DNA of 64,000 bases from Verrucomicrobiota bacterium (GCA_039818205.1 JBCBUK010000006.1:128001-192000); one strand, 5' to 3'; positions 43,732-53,704 are shown, counted from the first letter of the stretch. Translations and numbers: made by a program. Notes: a model not told the origin generated them from the sequence alone.

Positions 43732-44079
43732 ATGAAACCACGTAACCTCCGTCACCGACTGGAAAAAACAGCCAAGCTACTGGTCATCGTCCAGAAGCAC
43801 CTACCGGATGTCGCCTGCCAGTTTGCTGATGACAAAGGAGAGAACGGGCACCTGATGATTCGCCTTCCCTTGGGTGGGGATCCCACCAAGCTCGGGTCAG
43901 ACTTCGAAGGTCGTGGCTTTGTGTTTACGCGGACGCGGAGCCCGTGGTTGGGTGCCGATATTTTCCGGGGAACCAAACCGGACCAGCCTCGGGTCATTAT
44001 CGAGGTTGAGATCCCCGCGAATCGCCTAAGCCGCGTGCCGGACCACGAACAAGAATTCAGCTTTAAGGCAAAAAAGTAG
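43732..44079 (+). CDS. Hypothetical protein
   Basis: 115-aa ATG ORF codirectional with neighbours; no family recognised. Confidence 0.65.
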   Translation: MKPRNLRHRLEKTAKLLVIVQKHLPDVACQFADDKGENGHLMIRLPLGGDPTKLGSDFEGRGFVFTRTRSPWLGADIFRGTKPDQPRVIIEVEIPANRLSRVPDHEQEFSFKAKK

Positions 44080-44094
44080 CTTCCATCGAATTGA

Positions 44095-44340
44095 ATGAGT
44101 GAAAGTAAAGACTGGCTGTTATTGGGGAGTTGCGGAGACGGTGACAAATTTACCGTGGGAGGCAGCAATGTTTGGGGCCGTGAGTGGATTTCCAGAAATG
44201 AAGTAGCCGTCGTAAAAGATCCGCTTTACGGCAAGGAGCTCAGATTCAGAGTTTATGAGATTCGCTGTGATGGGCGGTCGATCGTGTTTGCCGCAGGAGA
44301 GTTCTCCAATTGTATTTGGGGTTTCTTTGCAAAAAAATAG
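44095..44340 (+). CDS. Small hypothetical protein
   Basis: 81 aa, ends FAAGEFSNCIWGFF; fills the gap before the terminator. Confidence 0.55.
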   Translation: MSESKDWLLLGSCGDGDKFTVGGSNVWGREWISRNEVAVVKDPLYGKELRFRVYEIRCDGRSIVFAAGEFSNCIWGFFAKK

Positions 44341-44362
44341 CCCGGTCTTTCGACCGAGCTAT
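44331..44362 (-). terminator. Terminator downstream of glgC
   Basis: A7 + tagcccggtc-tttc-gaccgagcta hairpin. Confidence 0.7.
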
Positions 44363-44386
44363 CAATTGAAAATCGGTGGTGCCTAG

Positions 44387-45670
44387 TTAGGCGCGAACCT
44401 TGGTTCCGTTGGGAACAACGCCGTTCTTCATCACAAGGATGATGCCATCGCGGACGAATAGGTCGCCTTCGGACCAACCATCGGGCTTACCTGCCGGAGA
44501 CAGCTCAACGTCGTCGCCAATTCGGGCATTCTTGTCGATGATTGCGTTCTCGATTTTGCAGCGTTTTCCGACGCCGATATTTGGGCGCTGAAGACGCGCG
44601 TTTTCAGCGCGGTGGTCCGCAGTCTCGTACCAGTCACCACCCATCATGACGACATTGTTGAGTTCGCAGCCTTCATCGACTTGGCTACGCACACCGATGA
44701 CACTGTGGGTGATCTTGGAGTTGGAGATAATGCTGCCGCCGCCGGATAGAACGCGCTCAAACTGTCCTCCGTTGATCTTAGTGGCGGGTAGATAACGAGC
44801 CCGCGTATAGATGGGGTGCTCGTCTTCGAAAAAGTTGAACGGAGGATTATCGTCAGTCAGGGCCAGATTGGCGTCAAAGAATGCGGCAACGGTTCCGATA
44901 TCTTCCCAGTAGTCATCGTAGATATAGCTGTTCAGGCTGATCTTACCCAACAGGCCGGGAATGATTTCTTTACCAAAGTCCGTCTCGTCACCGGAAAGGG
45001 CTTCGATCATGACCCGAGCAGTGAAGACATAAATACCCATGGAAGCCAGGCAGACGTCCTCAGGATTGCCATCCAACGTTGAGCGCAATTTGTCGCCAAT
45101 GATCAGGCTCTCAATAACCGCTGGATCACTGGGCTTTTCCACAAACTCCTGGATGGAGTAGTCGTCGCCAACGCGCATAACCCCAAGGCCATGGACCTCG
45201 GACTTGTGCATGGCTTTGGCCGCGATGGTGACGTCCGACCCGAGCGAATTGTGGTGCTCGATGATCTTTCGGAAGTCCATGCGGTAAAGCTGGTCACCCG
45301 ATAGAATCAGGAAAAGGTCATTCGGATTGTTGTGAAAGTGATGGAGGTTTTGGCGAACCGCGTCAGCGGTTCCCTGATACCAGCTCTCACCCTTGTCGGT
45401 CTGTTCGGCCGACATGATGTCGACATAGCCACCGCCAAATGGATCAAATTTGTAGGTAGATTGGATGTGATTATGGAGCGATGCAGTATTGAACTGGGAA
45501 AGCAGGTGGATCCGATTAATGCCAGAATTCAGGCAGTTGCTGATTGGAATATCAACCAATCGGTATTTGCCGGCCAGCGGCACCGCTGGTTTGCATCGTT
45601 CCTTGGTAAGCGGATAGAGACGCGTTCCGCGCCCCCCGCCCATGATCACGCTAATGACATTTTGGTTCAT
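44387..45670 (-). CDS. glgC: Glucose-1-phosphate adenylyltransferase
   Basis: GGGRGTRLYPLT..RCKPAVP, WYQGTADAV, SGDQLYRMD, FVEKP, YWEDIGT. Confidence 0.97.
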   Translation of the reverse strand: MNQNVISVIMGGGRGTRLYPLTKERCKPAVPLAGKYRLVDIPISNCLNSGINRIHLLSQFNTASLHNHIQSTYKFDPFGGGYVDIMSAEQTDKGESWYQGTADAVRQNLHHFHNNPNDLFLILSGDQLYRMDFRKIIEHHNSLGSDVTIAAKAMHKSEVHGLGVMRVGDDYSIQEFVEKPSDPAVIESLIIGDKLRSTLDGNPEDVCLASMGIYVFTARVMIEALSGDETDFGKEIIPGLLGKISLNSYIYDDYWEDIGTVAAFFDANLALTDDNPPFNFFEDEHPIYTRARYLPATKINGGQFERVLSGGGSIISNSKITHSVIGVRSQVDEGCELNNVVMMGGDWYETADHRAENARLQRPNIGVGKRCKIENAIIDKNARIGDDVELSPAGKPDGWSEGDLFVRDGIILVMKNGVVPNGTKVRA

Positions 45671-45846
45671 AACAGCCAGGGTAAGGATTACTGATGATGA
45701 ACGTGCGTCATTGAGAAAAAAAATGCCAGACTCTTTTGTAACATTTCGCTATTTGTGACGCAGCCGACATTTTTCACGGGTCAAAATTCAGACTCGTGAA
45801 CAAACCCTGGCTTGCGCTAATGAGGTCAAGCCGCCACGCTAATCCT

Positions 45847-46197
45847 ATGGAAATAAAAGTCATTCGCTCCGACGACGAAATATCCCACGTGTCTTTAGTT
45901 GGACGCATGGATCACAACGGCGCTACGGAAATTGAGCAGGCGTTTGTGGCAGCTACGGCTGGGCGCCAGAAGCCAACCGTGGTCGAGTTGGGCGAAGTGA
46001 CCTTCATTGTTTCCTTGGGCATTCGTGTGCTATTAGGCGCTGCAAAGAGCCTCAGTGCCAATGGTCACAAGATTGCCTTGGTTAACTCACAGCCGTTGGT
46101 GGCGGAGACCCTGCGTCTCGCAAAGTTGGACGACATTTTCGTACTCACCAACGATGTGGACGACGCAATTGAACAGATTAGCGAATCGGCCGGGTAG
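45847..46197 (+). CDS. STAS-domain anti-sigma factor antagonist
   Basis: LVGRMD, VTFIVSLGIRVLL, VAETLRLA. Confidence 0.8.
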   Translation: MEIKVIRSDDEISHVSLVGRMDHNGATEIEQAFVAATAGRQKPTVVELGEVTFIVSLGIRVLLGAAKSLSANGHKIALVNSQPLVAETLRLAKLDDIFVLTNDVDDAIEQISESAG

Positions 46198-46198
46198 T

Positions 46199-46978
46199 TT
46201 AACCTAAGCGCCGAAAACGTGGATCGTGAACGTCGATTTTTGGATTCAGGAAATCAGCGATCTCGGGATCTTTGGACTGTTTAAGCTCCTCGGGAGTGGC
46301 AACGGTAAGGAGTCTACCACCAATCATGATCGCTACCCGGTCGGCAACGCCTAAGGCGAGGTCGCGGTCGTGGGAAACGACGACGCTAGTAACCGCAAAT
46401 TCTTCTTTGAGCGTGCCGATGATCTCGGAAATGTTGGCCGCGGTCACGGGGTCGAGCTCGGAGGTTGGCTCATCGTAGAGAAGTAACTGTGGCTCGATAA
46501 TCAGTGCGCGTGCAATGGCCACCCGCTTGCGCATACCGCCGGATAGCTCCGAGGGGAGCTTTTTTGCGGCGTTTTCGATGTTCATGATCGCGAGCATTCG
46601 CTCGACCTTTTCCCGGAGTATTTTTCGGCCGTATAGCCGATGCTCGCGCGGGTAGTAGGCCAGGTTATCGAACACGTTCATTGAGTTGAACAACGCGCCT
46701 GCCTGGAAGACAAGAGCCGTCCGAATCTTGCGATGAGTCGACGCGTCAGCAGCGTCCAGCCCGTCAATCAGTACCTGACCCGAATCCGCTTTTTCCAGGT
46801 TGATCAAGTGGCGTAGCAGCACGCTTTTTCCGGCCCCGCTGGGACCCATGATCACAAAGATCTCGCCTGGCCGAACCTCAAACGAAGCTTGGTTAACAAC
46901 GACCTGGTCGCCAAACTGCTTGGTCAATGCCTTGACTTCGACGGCAACTGGTTGGGTTGAGTGTTCTTCGGCCATCAT
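46199..46978 (-). CDS. mlaF: MlaF/Mkl-family ABC ATPase
   Basis: GPSGAGKS, FQAGALF, LSGGMRKRVAIARA, YDEPT, VSHD; start overlaps the mlaE stop. Confidence 0.9.
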   Translation of the reverse strand: MMAEEHSTQPVAVEVKALTKQFGDQVVVNQASFEVRPGEIFVIMGPSGAGKSVLLRHLINLEKADSGQVLIDGLDAADASTHRKIRTALVFQAGALFNSMNVFDNLAYYPREHRLYGRKILREKVERMLAIMNIENAAKKLPSELSGGMRKRVAIARALIIEPQLLLYDEPTSELDPVTAANISEIIGTLKEEFAVTSVVVSHDRDLALGVADRVAIMIGGRLLTVATPEELKQSKDPEIADFLNPKIDVHDPRFRRLG

Positions 46979-47730
46979 TACATCAGGATGCGGGTTAGGC
47001 AGTAGTCTAACAGTAAGACCATGAACATGCTCGAGACCACGGATTTCGTTACGGAGAAGCCAATTTCGCGGGGACCGCCTCGCGTAATCAGCCCTTGGTT
47101 GCAAGCAACCAATACGATGACCATGCCAAAAATCTGGGCCTTTAGAAGGCCATTCAGGACATCTTTGAACTGAACGACGCTTTTGAGGTTCGACCAGTAG
47201 GAGGTCGGGTCGAGTCCAATAAACTCAACGTGTTGGGCGACTACGGCGCCGCCAAACCAACCGATAATGATCGCGACCATGGCCAAGGATGGCATCATGA
47301 TGAAGATCGCGACCAGCCGAGGCATCACCAGAACCCGCTCGGGCGGTGTCTGCATCGTCCGCATGGCATCGACCTCCTGATAGACGGTCATTGAGGCGAT
47401 TTCAGCCGTGATTGCGGAACCTACTCGGCCAGCAAGCAGGAACGCTGTGATCAATGGGGCCAGCTCGCGCGCCATGGCCAAGCCAACAATACGCCCAATC
47501 AGTTCTTGGCCTCCGGCGAATTCCAGACTGTATCCAGTTTGCAAGGCCAGGACCGCGCCCAGGAAAAAGCTGAGGATCGCGACGATCGGGAAGGTCAGGT
47601 AGCCAATATGAAAGCAGTAATCGATCGTCCGCCCAAGCTGGCGAGGCAGGCTGAAAATCTGCCCCAGGGCCTGGAATAGCAGGATCAAGCTGCTACCAAT
47701 GGCTTCTAGAATATTGAGGGCGGTTTTCAT
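46978..47730 (-). CDS. mlaE: MlaE-family ABC permease
   Basis: RELAPLITAFLLAGRVGSAITAEIASM..QEVDAM, GGPREIG..VTKSVV. Confidence 0.93.
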   Translation of the reverse strand: MKTALNILEAIGSSLILLFQALGQIFSLPRQLGRTIDYCFHIGYLTFPIVAILSFFLGAVLALQTGYSLEFAGGQELIGRIVGLAMARELAPLITAFLLAGRVGSAITAEIASMTVYQEVDAMRTMQTPPERVLVMPRLVAIFIMMPSLAMVAIIIGWFGGAVVAQHVEFIGLDPTSYWSNLKSVVQFKDVLNGLLKAQIFGMVIVLVACNQGLITRGGPREIGFSVTKSVVSSMFMVLLLDYCLTRILM

Positions 47731-47736
47731 GACGGC

Positions 47737-49209
47737 TTATAAATTGATGTCAAACCAGAGAAGTTGCAGGGTTTCCTGGCCGTCGTCAAAACTCCCCTCA
47801 CGTTTGTAGCCAAGGAGGCCGCCGCCGAGGGAAAATTCCGCGTGGTCCGGGGCGACGTCGTGCACCAGGAAGAAGGGGTTGATTTCGAAGCGGGTCCGTT
47901 CGCCGGATTTCTCTTCTACAAACAAATCCCACAGGAAGGATTGCCGTGATTCCCCGGTTTCGTAGTGCCAGACACTCCGCCAAAACGCCAGGGTTGGTGT
48001 GTAAAGGTCGCGGACCGATTTGCTATGTGGGTAAAAGACTTCGAAGGGGCTGATCAGTTGTGCCTGCCGCAGTCCTGCGCCGTTGTCATACTCGCTGATC
48101 CATGGCCAGACATGGGTTTCGTAGGCTTCTTTCAAATCTGGGTTCGTGGCGCTTCGCTGGGTTTCATTCCAATAAATGAAGTAGAGCAGTTGGGTGCGTT
48201 CGATGTTCAGCTCGTCTTCTTCGTGGTTGCGAATTTTGAGGAGGGGCCACAGATACCATTTTTTGTCGACCCCCGTTTTGATGGAATGCGCGTAGAAGGG
48301 GGCCCAGCGGTTGGTGTATTCATTGTCGCCGCGACCCTGCATGAAAAACGGATAGAAGTAGCGCTCCTCGTAGTAATTCTTGCTGCGGTCCTCCTTCCAC
48401 CCGAAGAAGGGAAACAGGATAGTCACATCATCGACGAACTCACCATGTTCAGTCGCCCAAAACGGCAGGAATCCTTCGCGCACACGAGGAACGGGCCGGT
48501 CAAGTTGGTCGACCTTGCGGTAGATGAGTGGCCAGAGGAGGAACTGATATTCCATTTTGCCTTCCTGCCACCAATGGCCAATCAGTGGCCACAGCAATAG
48601 ACCGTCAGCGCCCGGGCCATGCAGTGTTTGAATAAACGGCCATGGTGTGCCCACGCGGGTAAGCTCACCCGTTGTAATGGTAGCGTAGAGCGGCCAGGCG
48701 GCCCAAGTTGCCCGGTCAAACAGGAACTCTTGCATCTCGCCGTAGATCGGCCATACGCCGTAGTAGGAGGCGTCGGGGTTGTCGGGCACGTCGTGGTACC
48801 AGATAAATGGAACCACGAGGAAGGTCTCGATGGTTTTATCGTGGGTGAGCCCGGTACGTCGTCGTTGGATGAAGGTATAGATCTCCCACCGTACGAGGTT
48901 GGGGTCCCGATAATGGACAAAAAATGGAGGTGCGAAGTAGTATTTAAATACGTCCTTTTCCTTGTCGTGGTACTGGATAAAGAGTGGGCGCATGGTGGCC
49001 ATGGACTCTGCCTCAGTGTTGCGCTCCTCAAATACCGGCCCCAGCGCTTTAAAGTGATAGTTGTCGCTGGACTCGCTTTCGTCGTCCGTTGATTCTGTGG
49101 GCTCGGACTGCTCGAAATAGAATGGTGACCAGTCAAAGGTCACGCCATGTGCGACCACACAGCTTACCCACATCCATGCCCACCAGGCTATGCACTTCTT
49201 ACCTTGCAT
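47737..49209 (-). CDS. Exported aromatic-rich protein with many (L/F/W)-W/F-P-(F/L) repeats
   Basis: Signal peptide; WSPF, LGPV, VWPI, AWPL, PWPF, LWPL x3, LFPF, FYPF, WAPF; 6 bp upstream of mlaE. Confidence 0.8.
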   Translation of the reverse strand: MQGKKCIAWWAWMWVSCVVAHGVTFDWSPFYFEQSEPTESTDDESESSDNYHFKALGPVFEERNTEAESMATMRPLFIQYHDKEKDVFKYYFAPPFFVHYRDPNLVRWEIYTFIQRRRTGLTHDKTIETFLVVPFIWYHDVPDNPDASYYGVWPIYGEMQEFLFDRATWAAWPLYATITTGELTRVGTPWPFIQTLHGPGADGLLLWPLIGHWWQEGKMEYQFLLWPLIYRKVDQLDRPVPRVREGFLPFWATEHGEFVDDVTILFPFFGWKEDRSKNYYEERYFYPFFMQGRGDNEYTNRWAPFYAHSIKTGVDKKWYLWPLLKIRNHEEDELNIERTQLLYFIYWNETQRSATNPDLKEAYETHVWPWISEYDNGAGLRQAQLISPFEVFYPHSKSVRDLYTPTLAFWRSVWHYETGESRQSFLWDLFVEEKSGERTRFEINPFFLVHDVAPDHAEFSLGGGLLGYKREGSFDDGQETLQLLWFDINL

Positions 49210-49282
49210 TCGGTTAAGCGAGCGAGCAAATCACAGGAATTCAACCAGACCAAGCATATTACCGAGCAGGGCTTGGGCCGGT

Positions 49283-49855
49283 TTATACGGTGATTCCGCC
49301 AATGATTAGGGCGCTGGGCTGCTTGGGGCCTTTTGCCAATCGGCGGATGAGCTGACTGCCGGCAGGGAGCTCAGGCTCGAAGGCACCGGGTGCCTCCGCC
49401 ACGAGTCGCCCGTCGGGTTTGAGCACCTCGAAGCAAATGGCGAGTATCTCTTCGCCTTTTTCCGGCCAGATTGGGTAGGGAGGATCGACAAAAACAAGGT
49501 CGTAGCGTTGGCCAGAGCGGAGGTCGTGGCGAAAAAAGTCACGTTGGATCAGGGTAGAAATCGAATCTGGCTGGCGGCTGAGCGCTTTACCGACCGCTGC
49601 GCAGTTTTCTTCCAGGCTGGCGATCGCAGCACGGTTCTGCTCCAGGAATGTGCAATGGGAGGCTCCCCGACTGAGGGCTTCCAATCCGTAGGCTCCAGTG
49701 CCAGCAAAGGCATCGAGAACACAGGCATCCTCGCAACGATCATGACCCAGGCTAGAATAGATGGCCTCGCGCAAATAATCCGTGGCGGGGCGCAGTTCTC
49801 CACGTTTGGGTGTTTTGATCGGGATGCCTCGTGCTTGGCCGCCAGTGATTCGCAT
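49283..49855 (-). CDS. rsmD: 16S rRNA m2G966 methyltransferase
   Basis: MRITGG, RPATD..RE, DAFAGTGAYGLEALSRGA, DPPY. Confidence 0.92.
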   Translation of the reverse strand: MRITGGQARGIPIKTPKRGELRPATDYLREAIYSSLGHDRCEDACVLDAFAGTGAYGLEALSRGASHCTFLEQNRAAIASLEENCAAVGKALSRQPDSISTLIQRDFFRHDLRSGQRYDLVFVDPPYPIWPEKGEEILAICFEVLKPDGRLVAEAPGAFEPELPAGSQLIRRLAKGPKQPSALIIGGITV

Positions 49856-50139
49856 AAGCCTAGCTAGAGTCAACCGTCCGAACTGGGCAAGTCACAATGC
49901 GATACTGGTCTCAATCACGGATGCTAGCCTAGGGTTGTCTGGCATGGGTCATTATCGGTGATATCATGGAGTCATTAACTCGTTAAAACTATGTAAATGC
50001 CGGAAGATATTCATCTAGTCACTTGAATTTGTTTAGTTGATTTATACACTTTTCTTATTACGTCGGTAAGATCGTCGTATATTCTCCAATAAATACCCCT
50101 AACCAAAACAATACCCCCGTAAGTATGAATTCGCGTGCT

Positions 50140-50320
50140 ACTGCATGCTGTGTGCTCTTATCGGCTTCAGGAAACCCCGTCCTGGAAGTCTTTGCAAAGT
50201 GCGCGGCTAGCATGAACCAAACAGGCGGGACAGGTTACCCCCAATGGACTGGAGTGGTTCTGGGAGCTTTCATTGTTCCCGGTTTCAACCAGGAAGTTAC
50301 CTGATTACCGGTGGTTCTAA
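50140..50320 (+). ncRNA. Candidate structured RNA (overlaps a 59-codon ORF, 50125-50304)
   Basis: Several nested G-U-rich stems visible by eye; no known family recognised. Confidence 0.3.
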
Positions 50321-50337
50321 TGTCGAAATCGTCTGAA

Positions 50338-50385
50338 GGAGCGTCGGGTGGGTGAATTCCCGCCCGGCGTCTCCCTAATTATTTC
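50338..50385 (+). terminator. Strong hairpin, terminator or attenuator-like
   Basis: ggag-cgtcgggtggg-tgaatt-cccgcccggcg-t-ctcc followed by AT-rich ctaattattt. Confidence 0.55.
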
Positions 50386-50392
50386 CCAATCA

Positions 50393-50581
50393 ATGTACCT
50401 TTACCTGCCCTGGTTCGTTTTTCTGATTCTATCGATTGCCCTTTTGATAGCGGGCTCTCGATACGAGACTCGTCACGAATGGAAATCCATCGAGAATGAT
50501 AATCCTGCGGACCCCGAATCGGAGAATGCAGGTAGCCAGTTTTCGCCTCCTGCGGAGTCGGCGGAGTGTTGTCAGCTGTAG
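50393..50581 (+). CDS. Possible 62-aa small membrane protein
   Basis: MYLYLPWFVFLILSIALLIAG TM segment then a polar tail. Confidence 0.45.
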   Translation: MYLYLPWFVFLILSIALLIAGSRYETRHEWKSIENDNPADPESENAGSQFSPPAESAECCQL

Positions 50582-50605
50582 TAGGCTTTTGCGTAGGACG
50601 CTCGC

Positions 50606-51421
50606 TTATTCGCGTTCGCGTAACACGTTCTCGAAAAACAAGAATGTCTCCTGGACATGGAGTTGCCAGTAGGGCCACTCATGGCCGCCGGGGAACTCCT
50701 GGTAAACGTGGTTGATGCCCAGCTCATTCAATTGTTGGTCGAGCAGGCGATTGCCATCCAGCAGCGTATCGTCGACGCCGCAATCGAAGCGGAAAGGTGG
50801 GAGCTTGTCTTGATTCTCGCGCATGGCGTTAATCACGGACACGGAATCGGCATCGACCCCATAGCTTGCTAGCGGCTCCTCGACGAATTGCTCTAACTCC
50901 TGAAACTGGGTGATGGAGGAGTGGCCAACAAAGGCCATAAACTGCGCAGGGTGGCTCGCGCCGATCCGGAGAGCGCCATATCCGCCCATTGACAATCCTG
51001 CCAGGAACAGCGGGGCGTCGGCACCGTTTCCGGTTACCTCGTGGACGAGTTGCGGGATGTCTTCCATGATCCAGCGCTCAAAGTCTTTTCCGTTGTGGGC
51101 GAAATAGCCGCTGCCATCGCCCCAAAGGCCATCCGATGGGGTCACCAAGATCATTGGCGAAATCTGGCCCGAATCGATCAAGCTTTGGAGTGAACAGTCG
51201 GCTTTGCCCATTCCATTCCAAATCCAATGGCTGCCATAGACGCCGTGTAGAAGGATGACAACGGGAACGGTGGTGCCCGCCTTGACTTGATTGGGAATGT
51301 AGACGGAGGCATCGGCACGGGCTTTGAGCGCGGGGCTCTTGACGGTGACATGTTTCATTAAGCCTCCCTCCGCCGGGAAGTCTCCGATCTCTGTCGTGCG
51401 GAAGTGGGAATTATCGCTCAT
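50606..51421 (-). CDS. Alpha/beta-hydrolase esterase (FrmB/tributyrin-esterase-like)
   Basis: LLHGVYG, GLSMGG nucleophile elbow, DCGVDD, GGHEWPYW. Confidence 0.9.
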   Translation of the reverse strand: MSDNSHFRTTEIGDFPAEGGLMKHVTVKSPALKARADASVYIPNQVKAGTTVPVVILLHGVYGSHWIWNGMGKADCSLQSLIDSGQISPMILVTPSDGLWGDGSGYFAHNGKDFERWIMEDIPQLVHEVTGNGADAPLFLAGLSMGGYGALRIGASHPAQFMAFVGHSSITQFQELEQFVEEPLASYGVDADSVSVINAMRENQDKLPPFRFDCGVDDTLLDGNRLLDQQLNELGINHVYQEFPGGHEWPYWQLHVQETFLFFENVLRERE

Positions 51422-51423
51422 GG

Positions 51424-52533
51424 TTAGGCAAAGGTAATGACGCCCTTGGCGTTTCGGCCCGCCATCATGTCGTCGATTGCCTGTTGCAGGCCGTCGAGCG
51501 GGTAGGTGCGGGTAACCATCTCGTCGAGCTTGAGTGCCCCTTGGCCGTACAGTTCCAATAACTTTGGGAAGTCATGTTCGGGCATCGCTTTTCCGTAAAG
51601 CGGATTGATGTAGATTTTATCCCACTCGAAAAGGTTCATGTCGATTTCGATGGTCTGCTCAATGCCGGAAACCTGCACAGCGGTTCCTGCGTTTCGGATC
51701 ATCGCTAACGGTGCTGCGCCCAGGGCTGGAACCCCGGTGCACTCGAAGGCGTAATCGGCTCCGCGGCCATTGCACATCTCTTTGATTTTCTCGGATGCGT
51801 TCATCAAGCCTTTATCCTCGCGATCGGCTAAGACGAGGTGGGTTGCTCCGAATTGCTTAGCCATGTCGAGTCGCTGCTGATTGACGTCGACCGCGATGAT
51901 TTTGGCGGCGCCCGAGATGCGAGCGCCTTGGATGACGCTGAGCCCTACGGCACCGGTGCCTAGGACAACGGCTGAGCTTCCGGCTTGGAGCTTGGCGCTA
52001 TTGACGACTGAACCGTAGCCAGTCATCACGGCACAACCAACGAAGCATGCGGATTCAAATGAGATATCGATTTCGGTCGGAATAACCGCCTGCTCTTTGA
52101 CCACGGTGTGGGTGCTCAAGGTCCCGATGTTGAAGGAGCGCTTCAGCGGAGCGCCGTTCCATTGGGTTGCTTCAGGATGCGCGGCACCGTCGTCCGGATT
52201 CGCACCGGTGACGGGCGAGTTGACCTCGCAGATGTTTTGGTAGCCGTTTTGGCACTGATAACATTTGTGGCAAGGGATCGCCCAATTGAGGAGGACCTTA
52301 TCGCCCGGCTTCACGTGGGTGACTCCTTCGCCAACGGATTCGACAATTCCGGCCCCCTCGTGACCGAGGACATGTTGGTATCCCCAAGTCAGAGAATCGT
52401 AATCGGTGTGACAGACACCAGACGCCTTGATGGCGACTCGCACCTCACCGGCCTTGGGGGGGTGAACTTCAATGTCCTCAATGGTAAAGGAACCCTTCGA
52501 GTCCGCAACGGCAGCTCGTGCTTGAATAATCAT
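51424..52533 (-). CDS. Zn-dependent alcohol dehydrogenase (class III-like MDR)
   Basis: GVCHTD, GHEG, CxxCxxC..C structural Zn, GCAVMTG, GTGAVG; start at MIIQAR. Confidence 0.93.
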   Translation of the reverse strand: MIIQARAAVADSKGSFTIEDIEVHPPKAGEVRVAIKASGVCHTDYDSLTWGYQHVLGHEGAGIVESVGEGVTHVKPGDKVLLNWAIPCHKCYQCQNGYQNICEVNSPVTGANPDDGAAHPEATQWNGAPLKRSFNIGTLSTHTVVKEQAVIPTEIDISFESACFVGCAVMTGYGSVVNSAKLQAGSSAVVLGTGAVGLSVIQGARISGAAKIIAVDVNQQRLDMAKQFGATHLVLADREDKGLMNASEKIKEMCNGRGADYAFECTGVPALGAAPLAMIRNAGTAVQVSGIEQTIEIDMNLFEWDKIYINPLYGKAMPEHDFPKLLELYGQGALKLDEMVTRTYPLDGLQQAIDDMMAGRNAKGVITFA

Positions 52534-52547
52534 GGTAGATTGAGTGA

Positions 52548-53699
52548 CTATTTGGCGGTGAACTTTGCGCGGAGCATCTCGTAGCCAACCTTGCGAGAGT
52601 ATTCGCTTTCGTGCTCGATAAGCTCGCGTTCTTCGGTGACCTCGATCTGCGACACGCCTTGAGCCAGACGCTCGATCACGCCGCGCATAATTGCTCGGGC
52701 ATGGTGTTGGCCGAGGCAATTGTGGATGCCAAATCCGAAGGCGATGTGTGGATTCGGTTTGCGGTCTAAACGCACCTCATTGGGTTCTTCAAAGACTTCG
52801 GGGTCACGATTGGCTGATGACCAGCAGAGGGAGACTCGACCGCCAGGCTCAACCTCGTGGCCGTGGACCTCCGTTTTAACCGGGCAGACTCGTCCAATGT
52901 GAGTGAGTGGGATAAACAGGCGGAAAAATTCTTCGGCTGCGGTGTTGATCATCTTGGGGTTCTCGCGCAAACACTCGAGCCCCTTCGGGTTGTCGGAGAA
53001 GTATTTGATGATTCGTGTGACCGTGTGGATGATGGTGTCGCGGCCACCGGCAAAGGCGATGTTGGCGTACCCAAGACGCTCTTCCATGGTGAGTTTTCGC
53101 CCCTGGAACTCGGCTTGATTCAGCGCGGAGAAAAAGTCATCACCGGGATTTTTCTCGGCGGCCTCGAACATCTCCTGGCAGTATTTCTCCATGAACGGAC
53201 CCTTGGATTGGCCGTCGCCGTCTTTGAAGACGTGGATGCCCCAGCTGATCCAAAGTTCGGCTTCTTTCTCGTCAACGTTGAGGAGGTAGGTCAGGGCGTG
53301 GGACTGCAGCGGTATCGCAAAGTCTTTGACGATATCGATCTCTTCGGCTTCGCAAGCTGCGGTTAGCAGGCGGTCGATCAAAGCATGGATCTTCTCCAGG
53401 ACCTCGGGTTGCTTGGGGCGCAGAAAGAACGGTTCGACGACCTTACGGTAGTCCGCGTGAACCGGCGGATCCACCTCCAGTGGATATTGTCTCACGGTTC
53501 GAACATCTTCTTCCGAAGGGATCGGCACGCGAATCGGCGCGTCCGAGCTGTAGGTTTTGTGATCCTTGGCCGCCTTGCGGACGTCTTTGAGGCGAAGGAT
53601 CATCGGAATGGTCTCTCCTTGAAACTCTGCGGCGAGAACTGGGCATTTGGCCCGGGCCTCGCGAAATGGGTCGTCGTGTGGGTTTACGGGGTCACTCAT
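52548..53699 (-). CDS. Cytochrome P450, CYP236-like (putative O-methyl-sugar demethylase)
   Basis: Heme motif FGFGIHNCLG, I-helix FAGGRDT, EEFFR (ExxR); WISWGxHVF, RQxPxEVDPP and RKVG segments resemble CYP236A as recalled. Confidence 0.93.
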   Translation of the reverse strand: MSDPVNPHDDPFREARAKCPVLAAEFQGETIPMILRLKDVRKAAKDHKTYSSDAPIRVPIPSEEDVRTVRQYPLEVDPPVHADYRKVVEPFFLRPKQPEVLEKIHALIDRLLTAACEAEEIDIVKDFAIPLQSHALTYLLNVDEKEAELWISWGIHVFKDGDGQSKGPFMEKYCQEMFEAAEKNPGDDFFSALNQAEFQGRKLTMEERLGYANIAFAGGRDTIIHTVTRIIKYFSDNPKGLECLRENPKMINTAAEEFFRLFIPLTHIGRVCPVKTEVHGHEVEPGGRVSLCWSSANRDPEVFEEPNEVRLDRKPNPHIAFGFGIHNCLGQHHARAIMRGVIERLAQGVSQIEVTEERELIEHESEYSRKVGYEMLRAKFTAK

Positions 53700-53704
53700 G
53701 ATAG

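Noticed and set aside
45754..45769. CRP-like site TGTGA-N6-CGACA upstream of glgC
   Set aside because: Second half-site is weak; could arise by chance
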